Notes under the pieces: model-generated
What the model was told of the DNA's origin: nothing
The model's database searches: none
Seen by the model: the letters and a program-made list of their open reading frames with translations, nothing else
In this document: piece after piece, positions 12,701 to 26,700 of the stretch
How the letters are laid out: each line of letters opens with the position of its first letter
How positions within the stretch are numbered: position 1 is the first letter of the stretch
Program-made: the position numbers and the translations under genes
DNA from: Balanoglossus misakiensis
Taxonomy: Eukaryota; Animalia; Hemichordata
Direction of reading: 5' to 3'
Assembly (NCBI GenBank): GCA_040954595.2
Contig: CM082588.2
Coordinates: 11,111,398 to 11,175,397, forward strand
Length of the DNA stretch: 64,000 nucleotides

Positions 12701-14760
12701 GACTTTGCAAAATCTCAAAATTTCGTCGATTTTTGAAAAAATCATGGGTGAAAATCATCAAAAAATGACAAATTTTCGACTGCAAAATCTCAAAATTTCG
12801 TCGATTTTTGAAAAAAATCATGGGTGAAAAATCATCAAAAAATGACAAATTTTCGACTTTGCAAAATCTCAAAATTTCGTCAATTTTTGAAGAAAATCAT
12901 GGGTGAAAATCATCAAAAAATGACAAATTTTCGACTTTGCAAAATCTCAAAATTTTTTCGATTTTTGAAAAAAGACATGGGTGAAAATCATCAAAAAATG
13001 ACAAATTTTCGACTTTGCAAAATCTCAAAATTTTTTCGATTTTGAAAAAAGACATGGGTGAAAATCATCAAAAAATGACAAATTTTCGACTTTGCAAAAT
13101 CTCAAAATTTCGTCGATTTTTGAAAAAAATCATGGGGGAAAATCATGAAAAAAATGACAAATTTTCCTCTTTGCAAAATCTCAAAATTTCGTCGATTTTT
13201 AAAAAAAGACATGGGTGAAAATCATCAAAAAATAACAAATTTTCGACTTTGCAAAATCTCAAAATTTCGTCCATTTTTGAAAAAAAATCATGGGTAAAAA
13301 TCATCAAAAAATGACACATTTTCGACTTTGCAAAATCTCAAAATTTCGTCGATTTTTGAAAAAAAATCATGGGTGAAAATCATCAAAAAATGACAAATTT
13401 TCGTCTTTGCAAAATCTCAAAATTTCGTCCATTTCTGAAAAAAAATTATGGGTAAAAATCATCAAAAATGACAAATTTTCATCTTTGCAAAATCTCAAAT
13501 TTTCTTCGATTATTGAAAAAAAAATCATGTTTGAAAATCATCAAAAAATGACAAAATTTTCGACTTTGCAAAATCTCAAAATTTCGTCGATTTTTGAAAA
13601 AAATCATGGGGGAAAATCATCAAAAAATGACAAATTTTCGTCTTTGCAAAATCTCAAAATTTCGTCCATTTTTGAAAAAAAATTATGGGTAAAAATCATC
13701 AAAAATGACAAATTTTCATCTTTGCAAAATCTCAAATTTTCGTCGATTTTTTGAAAAAAAATCATGGTTGAAAATCATCAAAAAATGACAAAATTTTCGA
13801 CTTTGCAAAATCTCAACATTTCGTCGATTTTTGAAAAAAATCATGGGTGAAAATCATCAAAAAATGACAATTTTTCGACTTTGCAAAATCTCAACATTTC
13901 GTCGATTTTTGAAAAAAATCATGGGTGAAAATCATCAAAAAATGACAAATTTTCGACTTCGCAAAATCTCAAAATTTCGTCGATTTTTGAAAAAAATCAT
14001 GGGTGAAAATAATCAAAAAATGACAAATTTTCGACTTTGCAAAATCTCAAAATTTCGTCGATTTTTGAAGAAAATCATGGGTGAAAATCATCAAAAAATG
14101 ACAAATTTTCGACTTTGCAAAATCTCAAAATTTCGTCGATTTTTGAAAAAAATCATGGGGGAAAATCATCAAAAAATTACAAATTTTCGACTGCAAAATC
14201 TCAAAATTTCGTCGATTTTTGAAAAAATCATGGGTGAAAATCATGAAAAAATGACAAATTTTCGACTTTGCAAAATCTGAAAATTTCGTCGATTTTTGAA
14301 AAAAATCATGGGGGAAAATGATCAAAAAATGACAAATTTTCGACTGCAAAATCTCAAAATTTCGTCAATTTTGAAAAAAATCATGGTTGAAAATCATCAA
14401 AAAATGACAATTTTTTTACTGCAAAATCTCAAAATTTCATCGATTTTTGAAAAAAATCATGGGTAAAAATCATCAAAAAATGACACATTTTCGACTTTGC
14501 AAAATCTCAAAATTTCGTCGATTTTTGACAAAAATCATGGGTGAAAATCATCAAAAAATGACAAATTTTCGTCTTTGCAAAATCTCAAAATTTCGTCCAT
14601 TTCTGAAAAAAAATTATGGGTAAAAATCATCAAAAATGACAAATTTTCATCTTTGCAAAATCTCAAATTTTCGTCGATTTTGAAAAAAATCATAGGTACG
14701 TCGATTTTTTTAAAAAAAACATGGGTGAAAATCATCAAAAAATGACAAATTTTCGACTTT
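6751..14760 (+). repeat. ~3290-bp higher-order repeat; first copy enlarged to 4495 bp by an internal 1205-bp duplication
   Basis: Offsets of 4495 (6751/11246, 7092/11587, 7645/12140, 7907/12402), 1205 (8210/9415, 8403/9608, 8874/10079) and 3290 (10541/13831, 10835/14125). 4495 minus 1205 equals 3290. Confidence 0.9.
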
Positions 14761-17700
14761 GCAAAATCTCAAAATTTCGTCGATTTTTGAAAAAAATCAT
14801 GGGTGAAAATCATCAAAAAATGACAAATTTTCGACTTTGCAAAATCTCAAAATTTCGTCGATTTTTGAAAAAAATCATGGGTGAAAATCATGAAAAAATG
14901 ACAAATTTTGAAAAAAAAAACGGGTGAAAATCATCAAAAAATGACACATTTTCGACTTTGCAAAATCTCAAAATTTCGTCCATTTCTGAAAAAAAATTAT
15001 GGGTAAAAATCATCAAAAATGACAAATTTTCATCTTTGCAAAATCTCAAATTTTCGTCGATTTTTGAAAAAAAATCATGGTTGAAAATCATCAAAAAATG
15101 ACAAAATTTTCGACTTTGCAAAATCTCAACATTTCGTCGATTTTTGAAAAAAATCATGGGTGAAAATCATCAAAAAATGACAATTTTTCGACTTTGCAAA
15201 ATCTCAACATTTCGTCGATTTTTGAAGAAAATCATGGGTGAAAATCATCAAAAAATGACAAATTTTCGACTTTGCAAAATCTCAAAATTTTTTCGATTTT
15301 GAAAAAAATCATAGGTTCGTCGATTTTTAAAAAAAAAACATGGGTGAAAATCATCAAAAAATGACACATTTTCGACTTTGCAAAATCTCAAAATTTCGTC
15401 GATTTTTGAAAAAAATCATGGGTGAAAATCATCAAAAAATGACAAAATTTTCGACTTTGCAAAATCTCAAAATTTCGTCGATTTTTGAAAAAAAATCATG
15501 GTTAAAAATCATCAAAAAATGACAAAATTTTCGACTTTGCAAAATCACAAAATTTCGTCGATTTTGAAAAAAATCATAGGTACGTCGATTTTTTTAAAAA
15601 AAACATGGGTGAAAATCATCAAAAAATGACAAATTTTCGACTTTGCAAAATCTCAAAATTTCGTCGATTTTTGAAAAAATCATGGGTGAAAATCATCAAA
15701 AAATGACAAATTTTCGACTGCAAAATCTCAAAATTTCGTCGATTTTTGAAAAAAAATCATGGGTGAAAAATCATCAAAAAATGACAAATTTTCGACTTTG
15801 CAAAATCTCAAAATTTCGTCAATTTTTGAAGAAATCATGGGTGAAAATCATCAAAAAATGACAAATTTTCGACTTTGCAAAATCTCAAAATTTTTTCGAT
15901 TTTTGAAAAAAGACATGGGTGAAAATCATCAAAAAATGACAAATTTTCGACTTTGCAAAATCTCAAAATTTCGTCGATTTTTTGAAAAAATCATGGGTGA
16001 AAATCATCAAAAAATGACAAATTTTCGACTGCAAAATCTCAAAATTTCGTCGATTTTTGAAAAAAAATCATGGGTGAAAAATCATCAAAAAATGACAAAT
16101 TTTCGACTTTGCAAAATCTCAAAATTTAGTCAATTTTTGAAAAAATCATGGGTGAAAATCATCAAAAAATGACAAATTTTCATGTTTGCAAAATCTCAAA
16201 ATTTCGTCGGTTTTTGAAAAATAATATGGGTGAAAATCATCAAAAAATGACAAATTTTCGACTGCAAAAACTCAAAATTTCATCAATTTTGAAAAAAATC
16301 ATGGGTGAAAATCATCAAAAAATGACAAATTTTCCTCTTTGCAAAATCTATAAATTTCGTCGATTTTTGAAAAATTTTCAACTTTGCAAAATCTCAAAAT
16401 TTCGTCGATTTTTGAAAAAAATCATGGGGGAAAATCATCAAAAAATGACACATTTTCGACTTTGCAAAATCTCAAAATTTCGTCGATTTTTGAAAAAAAA
16501 TCATGGGTGAAAATCATCAAAAAATGACAAATTTTGAAAAAAAACGGGTGAAAATCATCAAAAAATGACACATTTTCGACTTTGCAAAATCTCAAAATTT
16601 CGTCGATTTTTGAAAAAATCATGGGTGAAAATCATCAAAAAATGCCAAATTTTCGACTGCAAAATCTCAAAATTTCGTCGATTTTTGAAAAAAAATCATG
16701 GGTGAAAAATCATCAAAAAATGACAAATTTTCGACTTTGCAAAATCTCAAAATTTCGTCGATTTTTGAAAAAAATCATGGGGGAAAATCATGAAAAAAAT
16801 GACAAATTTTCCTCTTTGCAAAATCTCAAAATTTCGTCGATTTTTAAAAAAAGACATGGGTGAAAATCATCAAAAAATAACAAATTTTCGACTTTGCAAA
16901 ATCTCAAAATTTCGTCCATTTTTGAAAAAAAATCATGGGTAAAAATCATCAAAAAATGACACATTTTCGACTTTGCAAAATCTCAAAATTTCGTCGATTT
17001 TTGAAAAAAATCATGGGTGAAAATCATCAAAAAATGACAAATTTTCGTCTTTGCAAAATCTCAAAATTTCGTCCATTTCTGAAAAAAAATTATGGGTAAA
17101 AATCATCAAAAATGACAAATTTTCATCTTTGCAAAATCTCAAATTTTCGTCGATTTTGAAAAAAATCATAGGTACGTCGATTTTTTTAAAAAAAACATGG
17201 GTGAAAATCATCAAAAAATGACAAATTTTCGACTTTGCAAAATCTCAAAATTTCGTCGATTTTTGAAAAAATCATGGGTGAAAATCATCAAAAAATGACA
17301 AATTTTCGACTGCAAAATCTCAAAATTTCGTCGATTTTTGAAAAAAAATCATGGGTGAAAAATCATCAAAAAATGACAAATTTTCGACTTTGCAAAATCT
17401 CAAAATTTAGTCAATTTTTGAAAAAATCATGGGTGAAAATCATCAAAAAATGACACATTTTCGACTTTGCAAAATCTCAAAATTTCGTCCATTTCTGAAA
17501 AAAAATTATGGGTAAAAATCATCAAAAATGACAAATTTTCATCTTTGCAAAATCTCAAATTTTCGTCGATTTTTGAAAAAAAATCATGGTTGAAAATCAT
17601 CAAAAAATGACAAAATTTTCGACTTTGCAAAATCTCAACATTTCGTCGATTTTTGAAAAAATCATGGGTGAAAATCATCAAAAAATGACAATTTTTCGAC

Positions 17701-20700
17701 TTTGCAAAATCTCAACATTTCGTCGATTTTTGAAGAAAATCATGGGTGAAAATCATCAAAAAATGACAAATTTTCGACTTTGCAAAATCTCAAAATTTTT
17801 TCGATTTTGAAAAAAATCATAGGTTCGTCGATTTTTTAAAAAAAAACATGGGTGAAAATCATCAAAAAATGACACATTTTCGACTTTGCAAAATCTCAAA
17901 ATTTCGTCGATTTTTGAAAAAAATCATGGGTGAAAATCATCAAAAAATGACAAAATTTTCGACTTTGCAAAATCTCAAAATTTTCGTCGATTTTTGAAAA
18001 AAAATCATGGTTAAAAATCATCAAAAAATGACAAAATTTTCGACTTTGCAAAATCACAAAATTTCGGTCATTTTGAAAAAAAATCATAGGTACGTCGATT
18101 TTTTAAAAAAAACATGGGTGAAAATCATCAAAAAATGACAAATTTTCGACTTTGCAAAATCTCATAATTTCGTCGATTTTTGAAAAAATCATGGGTGAAA
18201 ATCATCAAAAAATGACAATTTTCGACTGCAAAATCTCAAAATTTCGTCGATTTTTGAAAAAAAAATCATGGGTGAAAAATCATCAAAAAATGACAATTTT
18301 CGACTTTGCAAAATCTCAAAATTTCGTCAATTTTTGAAGAAAATCATGGGTGAAAATCATCAAAAAATCACAAATTTTCGACTTTGCAAAATCTCAAAAT
18401 TTTTTCGATTTTTGAAAAAAGACATGGGTGAAAATCATCAAAAAATGACAAATTTTCGACTTTGCAAAATCTCAAAATTTCGTCGATTTTTGAAAAAATC
18501 ATGGGTGAAAATCATCAAAAAATGACAAATTTTCGACTGCAAAATCTCAAAATTTCGTCGATTTTTGAAAAAAAATCATGGGTGAAAAATCATCAAAAAA
18601 TGACAAAATTTTCGACTTTCCAAATCTCAAAATTTAGTCAATTTTTGAAAAAATCATGGGTGAAAATCATCAAAAAATGACAAATTTTCATGTTTGCAAA
18701 ATCTCAAAATTTCGTCGGTTTTTGAAAATAATATGGGTGAAAATCATCAAAAAATGACAAATTTTCGACTGCAAAAACTCAAAATTTCATCAATTTTGAA
18801 AAAAATCATGGGTGAAAATCATCAAAAAATGACAAATTTTCCTCTTTGCAAAATCTATAAATTTCGTCGATTTTTGAAAAATTTTCAACTTTGCAAAATC
18901 TCAAAATTTCGTCGATTTTTGAAAAAAATCATGGGGAAAATCATCAAAAAATGACACATTTTCGACTTTGCAAAATCTCAAAATTTCGTCGATTTTTGAA
19001 AAAAAATCATGGGTGAAAATCATCAAAAAATGACAAATTTTGAAAAAAAAACGGGTGAAAATCATCAAAAAATGACACATTTTCGACTTTGCAAAATCTC
19101 AAAATTTCGTCGATTTTTGAAAAAATCATGGGTGAAAATCATCAAAAAATGACAAATTTTCGACTGCAAAATCTCAAAATTTCGTCGATTTTTGAAAAAA
19201 AATCATGTGTGAAAAATCATCAAAAAATGACAAATTTTCGACTTTGCAAAATCTCAAAATTTCGTCGATTTTTGAAAAAAATCATGGGGGAAAATCATGA
19301 AAAAAATGACAAATTTTCCTCTTTGCAAAATCTCAAAATTTCGTCGATTTTTAAAAAAAGACATGGGTGAAAATCATCAAAAAATAACAAATTTTCGACT
19401 TTGCAAAATCTCAAAATTTCGTCCATTTTTGAAAAAAAATCATGGGTAAAAATCATCAAAAAATGACACATTTTCGACTTTGCAAAATCTCAAAATTTCG
19501 TCGATTTTTGAAAAAAAATCATGGGTGAAAATCAACAAAAAATGACAAATTTTCGTCTTTGCAAAATCTCAAAATTTCGTCCATTTCTGAAAAAAAATTA
19601 TGGGTAAAAATCATCAAAAATGACAAATTTTCATCTTTGCAAAATCTCAAATTTTCGTCGATTTTGAAAAAAATCATAGGTACGTCGATTTTTTTAAAAA
19701 AACATGGGTGAAAATCATCAAAAAATGACAAATTTTCGACTTTGCAAAATCTCAAAATTTCGTCGATTTTTGAAAAAATCATGGGTGAAAATCATCAAAA
19801 AATGACAAATTTTCGACTGCAAAATCTCAAAATTTCGTCGATTTTTGAAAAAAAATCATGGGTGAAAAATCATCAAAAAATGACAAATTTTCGACTTTGC
19901 AAAATCTCAAAATTTAGTCAATTTTTGAAAAAATCATGGGTGAAAATCATCAAAAAATGACAAATTTTCGACTTTGCAAAATCTCAAAATTTCGTCGATT
20001 TTTGAAAAAAATCATGGGGGAAAATCATCAAAAAATGACAAATTTTCGACTGCAAAAACTCAAAATTTCATCAATTTTGAAAAAAATCATGGGTGAAAAT
20101 CATCAAAAAATGACAAATTTTCCTCTTTGCAAAATCTATAAATTTCGTCGATTTTTGAAAAATTTTCAACTTTGCAAAATCTCAAAATTTCGTCGATTTT
20201 TGAAAAAAATCATGGGGGAAAATCATCAAAAAATGACACATTTTCGACTTTGCGAAAATCTCAAAATTTCGTCGATTTTTGAAAAAAAATCATGGGTGAA
20301 AATCATCAAAAAATGACAAATTTTGAAAAAAAACGGGTGAAAATCATCAAAAAATGACACATTTTCGACTTTGCAAAATCTCAAAATTTCGTCGATTTTT
20401 GAAAAAAAATCATGGGTGAAAATCATCAAAAAATGACAAATTTTCGACTTTGCAAAATCTCAAAATTTTTTCGATTTTTGAAAAAAGACATGGGTGAAAA
20501 TCATCAAAAAATGACAAATTTTCGACTTTGCAAAATCTCAAAATTTCGTCGATTTTTGAAAAAATCATGGGTGAAAATCATCAAAAAATGACAAATTTTC
20601 GACTGCAAAATCTCAAAATTTCGTCGATTTTTGAAAAAAAATCATGGGTGAAAAATCATCAAAAAATGACAAATTTTCGACTTTCCAAATCTCAAAATTT

Positions 20701-23700
20701 AGTCAATTTTTGAAAAAATCATGGGTGAAAATCATCAAAAAATGACAAATTTTCATGTTTGCAAAATCTCAAAATTTCGTCGGTTTTTGAAAAATAATAT
20801 GGGTGAAAATCATCAAAAAATGACAAATTTTCGACTGCAAAAACTCAAAATTTCATCAATTTTGAAAAAAATCATGGGTGAAAATCATCAAAAAATGACA
20901 AATTTTCCTCTTTGCAAAATCTATAAATTTCGTCGATTTTTGAAAAATTTTCAACTTTGCAAAATCTCAAAATTTCGTCGATTTTTGAAAAAAATCATGG
21001 GGGAAAATCATCAAAAAATGACACATTTTCGACTTTGCAAAATCTCAAAATTTCGTCGATTTTTGAAAAAAAATCATGGGTGAAAATCATCAAAAAATGA
21101 CAAATTTTGAAAAAAAACGGGTGAAAATCATCAAAAAATGACACATTTTCGACTTTGCAAAATCTCAAAATTTCGTCGATTTTTGAAAAAATCATGGGTG
21201 AAAATCATCAAAAAATGACAAATTTTCGACTGCAAAATCTCAAAATTTCGTCGATTTTTGAAAAAAAATCATGGGTGAAAAATCATCAAAAAATGACAAA
21301 TTTTCGACTTTGCAAAATCTCAAAATTTCGTCGATTTTTGAAAAAAATCATGGGGGAAAATCATGAAAAAAATGACAAATTTTCCTCTTTGCAAAATCTC
21401 AAAATTTCGTCGATTTTTAAAAAAAGACATGGGTGAAAATCATCAAAAAATAACAAATTTTCGACTTTGCAAAATCTCAAAATTTCGTCCATTTTTGAAA
21501 AAAAATCATGGGTAAAAATCATCAAAAAATGACACATTTTCGACTTTGCAAAATCTCAAAATTTCGTCGATTTTTGAAAAAAAATCATGGGTGAAAATCA
21601 ACAAAAAATGACAAATTTTCGTCTTTGCAAAATCTCAAAATTTCGTCCATTTCTGAAAAAAAATTATGGGTAAAAATCATCAAAAATGACAAATTTTCAT
21701 CTTTGCAAAATCTCAAATTTTCGTCGATTTTGAAAAAAATCATAGGTACGTCGATTTTTTTAAAAAAAACATGGGTGAAAATCATCAAAAAATGACAAAT
21801 TTTCGACTTTGCAAAATCTCAAAATTTCGTCGATTTTTGAAAAAATCATGGGTGAAAATCATCAAAAAATGACAAATTTTCGACTGCAAAATCTCAAAAT
21901 TTCGTCGATTTTTGAAAAAAAATCATGGGTGAAAAATCATCAAAAAATGACAAATTTTCGACTTTGCAAAATCTCAAAATTTAGTCAATTTTTGAAAAAA
22001 TCATGGGTGAAAATCATCAAAAAATGACAAATTTTCGACTTTGCAAAATCTCAAAATTTCGTCGATTTTTGAAAAAAATCATGGGGGAAAATCATCAAAA
22101 AATGACAAATTTTCGACTGCAAAAACTCAAAATTTCATCAATTTTGAAAAAAATCATGGGTGAAAATCATCAAAAAATGACAAATTTTCCTCTTTGCAAA
22201 ATCTATAAATTTCGTCGATTTTTGAAAAATTTTCAACTTTGCAAAATCTCAAAATTTCGTCGATTTTTGAAAAAAAATCATGGGTGAAAAATCATCAAAA
22301 AATGACAAATTTTCGACTTTGCAAAATCTCAAAATTTCGTCAATTTTTGAAGAAAATCATGGGTGAAAATCATCAAAAAATGACAAATTTTCGACTTTGC
22401 AAAATCTCAAAATTTTTTCGATTTTTGAAAAAAGACATGGGTGAAAATCATCAAAAAATGACAAATTTTCGACTTTGCAAAATCTCAAAATTTCGTCGAT
22501 TTTTGAAAAAATCATGGGTGAAAATCATCAAAAAATGACAAATTTTCGACTGCAAAATCTCAAAATTTCGTCGATTTTTGAAAAAAAATCATGGGTGAAA
22601 AATCATCAAAAAATGACAAATTTTCGACTTTCCAAAATCTCAAAATTTAGTCAATTTTTGAAAAAAATCATGGGTGAAAATCATCAAAAAATGACAAATT
22701 TTCATGTTTGCAAAATCTCAAAATTTCGTCGGTTTTTGAAAAATAATATGGGTGAAAATCATCAAAAAATGACAAATTTTCGACTGCAAAAACTCAAAAT
22801 TTCATCAATTTTGAAAAAAATCATGGGTGAAAATCATCAAAAAATGACAAATTTTCCTCTTTGCAAAATCTATAAATTTCGTCGATTTTTGAAAAATTTT
22901 CAACTTTGCAAAATCTCAAAATTTCGTCGATTTTTGAAAAAAATCATGGGGGAAAATCATCAAAAAATGACACATTTTCGACTTTGCAAAATCTCAAAAT
23001 TTCGTCGATTTTTGAAAAAAAATCATGGGTGAAAATCATCAAAAAATGACAAATTTTGAAAAAAACGGGTGAAAATCATCAAAAAATGACACATTTTCGA
23101 CTTTGCAAAATCTCAAAATTTCGTCGATTTTTGAAAAAATCATGGGTGAAAATCATCAAAAAATGACAAATTTTCGACTTTGCAAAATCTCAAAATTTCG
23201 TCGATTTTTGAAAAAAATCATGGGGGAAAATCATGAAAAAAATGACAAATTTTCCTCTTTGCAAAATCTCAAAATTTCGTCGATTTTTAAAAGAAGACAT
23301 GGGTGAAAATCATCAAAAAATAACAAATTTTCGACTTTGCAAAATCTCAAAATTTCGTCCATTTTTGAAAAAAAATCATGGGTAAAAATCATCAAAAAAT
23401 GACACATTTTCGACTTTGCAAAATCTCAAAATTTCGTCGATTTTTGAAAAAAAATCATGGGTGAAAATCATCAAAAAATGACAAATTTTCGTCTTTGCAA
23501 AATCTCAAAATTTCGTCCATTTCTGAAAAAAAATTATGGGTAAAAATCATCAAAAATGACAAATTTTCATCTTTGCAAAATCTCAAATTTTCGTCGATTT
23601 TGAAAAAAATCATAGGTACGTCGATTTTTTTAAAAAAAACATGGGTGAAAATCATCAAAAAATGACAAATTTTCGACTTTGCAAAATCTCAAAATTTCGT

Positions 23701-26700
23701 CGATTTTTGAAAAAATCATGGGTGAAAATCATCAAAAAAATGACAAATTTTCGACTGCAAAATCTCAAAATTTCGTCGATTTTTGAAAAAAAAATCATGG
23801 GTGAAAAATCATCAAAAAATGACAAATTTTCGACTTTGCAAAATCTCAAAATTTAGTCAATTTTTGAAAAAATCATGGGTGAAAATCATCAAAAAATGAC
23901 AAATTTTCGACTTTGCAAAATCTCAAAATTTCGTCGATTTTTGAAAAAAATCATGGGGGAAAATCATCAAAAAATGACAAATTTTCGACTGCAAAAACTC
24001 AAAATTTCATCAATTTTGAAAAAAATCATGGGTGAAAATCATCAAAAAATGACAAATTTTCCTCTTTGCAAAATCTATAAATTTCGTCGATTTTTGAAAA
24101 ATTTTCAACTTTGCAAAATCTCAAAATTTCGTCGATTTTTGAAAAAAAATCATGGGGGAAAATCATCAAAAAATGACACATTTTCGACTTTGCAAAATCT
24201 CAAAATTTCGTCGATTTTTGAAAAAAAATCATGGGTGAAAATCATCAAAAAATGACAAATTTTGAAAAAAACGGGTGAAAATCATCAAAAAATGACACAT
24301 TTTCGACTTTGCAAAATCTCAAAATTTCGTCGATTTTTGAAAAAATCATGGGTGAAAATCATCAAAAAAATGACAAATTTTCGACTGCAAAATCTCAAAA
24401 TTTCGTCGATTTTTGAAAAAAAATCATGGGTGAAAAATCATCAAAAAATGACAAATTTTCGACTTTGCAAAATCTCAAAATTTAGTCAATTTTTGAAAAA
24501 ATCATGGGTGAAAATCATCAAAAAATGACAAATTTTCGACTTTGCAAAATCTCAAAATTTCGTCGATTTTTGAAAAAAATCATGGGGGAAAATCATCAAA
24601 AAATGACAAATTTTCGACTGCAAAAACTCAAAATTTCATCAATTTTGAAAAAAATCATGGGTGAAAATCATCAAAAAATGACAAATTTTCCTCTTTGCAA
24701 AATCTATAAATTTCGTCGATTTTTGAAAAATTTTCAACTTTGCAAAATCTCAAAATTTCGTCGATTTTTGAAAAAAATCATGGGGGAAAATCATCAAAAA
24801 ATGACACATTTCGACTTTGCAAAATCTCAAAATTTCGTCGATTTTTGAAAAAAAATCATGGGTGAAAATCATCAAAAAATGACAAATTTTGAAAAAAAAC
24901 GGGTGAAAATCATCAAAAAATGACACATTTTCGACTTTGCAAAATCTCAAAATTTCGTCCATTTCTGAAAAAAAATTATGGGTAAAAATCATCAAAAATG
25001 ACAAATTTTCATCTTTGCAAAATCTCAAATTTTCGTCGATTTTTGAAAAAAAATCATGGTTGAAAATCATCAAAAAATGACAAAATTTTCGACTTTGCAA
25101 AATCTCAACATTTCGTCGATTTTTGAAAAAAATCATGGGTGAAAATCATCAAAAAATGACAATTTTTCGACTTTGCAAAATCTCAACATTTCGTCGATTT
25201 TTGAAAAAAATCATGGGTGAAAATCATCAAAAAATGACAAATTTTCGACTTCGCAAAATCTCAAAATTTCGTCGATTTTTGAAAAAAATCATGGGTGAAA
25301 ATAATCAAAAAATGACAAATTTTCGACTTTGCAAAATCTCAAAATTTCGTCGATTTTTGAAGAAAATCATGGGTGAAAATCATCAAAAAATGACAAATTT
25401 TCGACTTTGCAAAATCTCAAAATTTCGTCGATTTTTGAAAAAATCATGGGTGAAAATCATCAAAAAATGACAAATTTTCGACTGCAAAATCTCAAAATTT
25501 CGTCGATTTTTGAAAAAAAATCATGGGTGAAAAATCATCAAAAAATGACAAATTTTCGACTTTGCAAAATCTCAAAATTTAGTCAATTTTTGAAAAAATC
25601 ATGGGTGAAAATCATCAAAAAATGACAAATTTTCGACTTTGCAAAATCTCAAAATTTCGTCGATTTTTGAAAAAAATCATGGGGGAAAATCATCAAAAAA
25701 TGACAAATTTTCGACTGCAAAAACTCAAAATTTCATCAATTTTGAAAAAAATCATGGGTGAAAATCATCAAAAAATGACAAATTTTCCTCTTTGCAAAAT
25801 CTATAAATTTCGTCGATTTTTGAAAAATTTTCAACTTTGCAAAATCTCAAAATTTCGTCGATTTTTGAAAAAAATCATGGGTGAAAATCATCAAAAAATG
25901 ACAAATTTTCGACTTTGCAAAATCTCAAAATTTCGTCGATTTTTGAAAAAAATCATGGGTGAAAATCATGAAAAAATGACAAATTTTGAAAAAAAAACGG
26001 GTGAAAATCATCAAAAAATGACACATTTTCGACTTTGCAAAATCTCAAAATTTCGTCCATTTCTGAAAAAAAATTATGGGTAAAAATCATCAAAAATGAC
26101 AAATTTTCATCTTTGCAAAATCTCAAATTTTCGTCGATTTTTGAAAAAAAATCATGGTTGAAAATCATCAAAAAATGACAAATTTTCGACTTTGCAAAAT
26201 CTCAACATTTCGTCGATTTTTGAAAAAAATCATGGGTGAAAATCATCAAAAAATGACAATTTTTCGACTTTGCAAAATATCAACATTTCGTCGATTTTTG
26301 AAGAAAATCATGGGTGAAAATCATCAAAAAATGACAAATTTTCGACTTTGCAAAATCTCAAAATTTTTTCGATTTTGAAAAAAATCATAGGTTCGTCGAT
26401 TTTTAAAAAAAAAACATGGGTGAAAATCATCAAAAAATGACACATTTTCGACTTTGCAAAATCTCAAAATTTCGTCGATTTTTGAAAAAAATCATGGGTG
26501 AAAATCATCAAAAAATGACAAAATTTTCGACTTTGCAAAATCTCAAAATTTCGTGGATTTTTGAAAAAAAATCATGGTTAAAAATCATCAAAAAATGACA
26601 AAATTTTCGACTTTGCAAAATCACAAAATTTCGTCGATTTTGAAAAAAATCATAGGTACGTCGATTTTTTTAAAAAAAACATGGGTGAAAATCATCAAAA

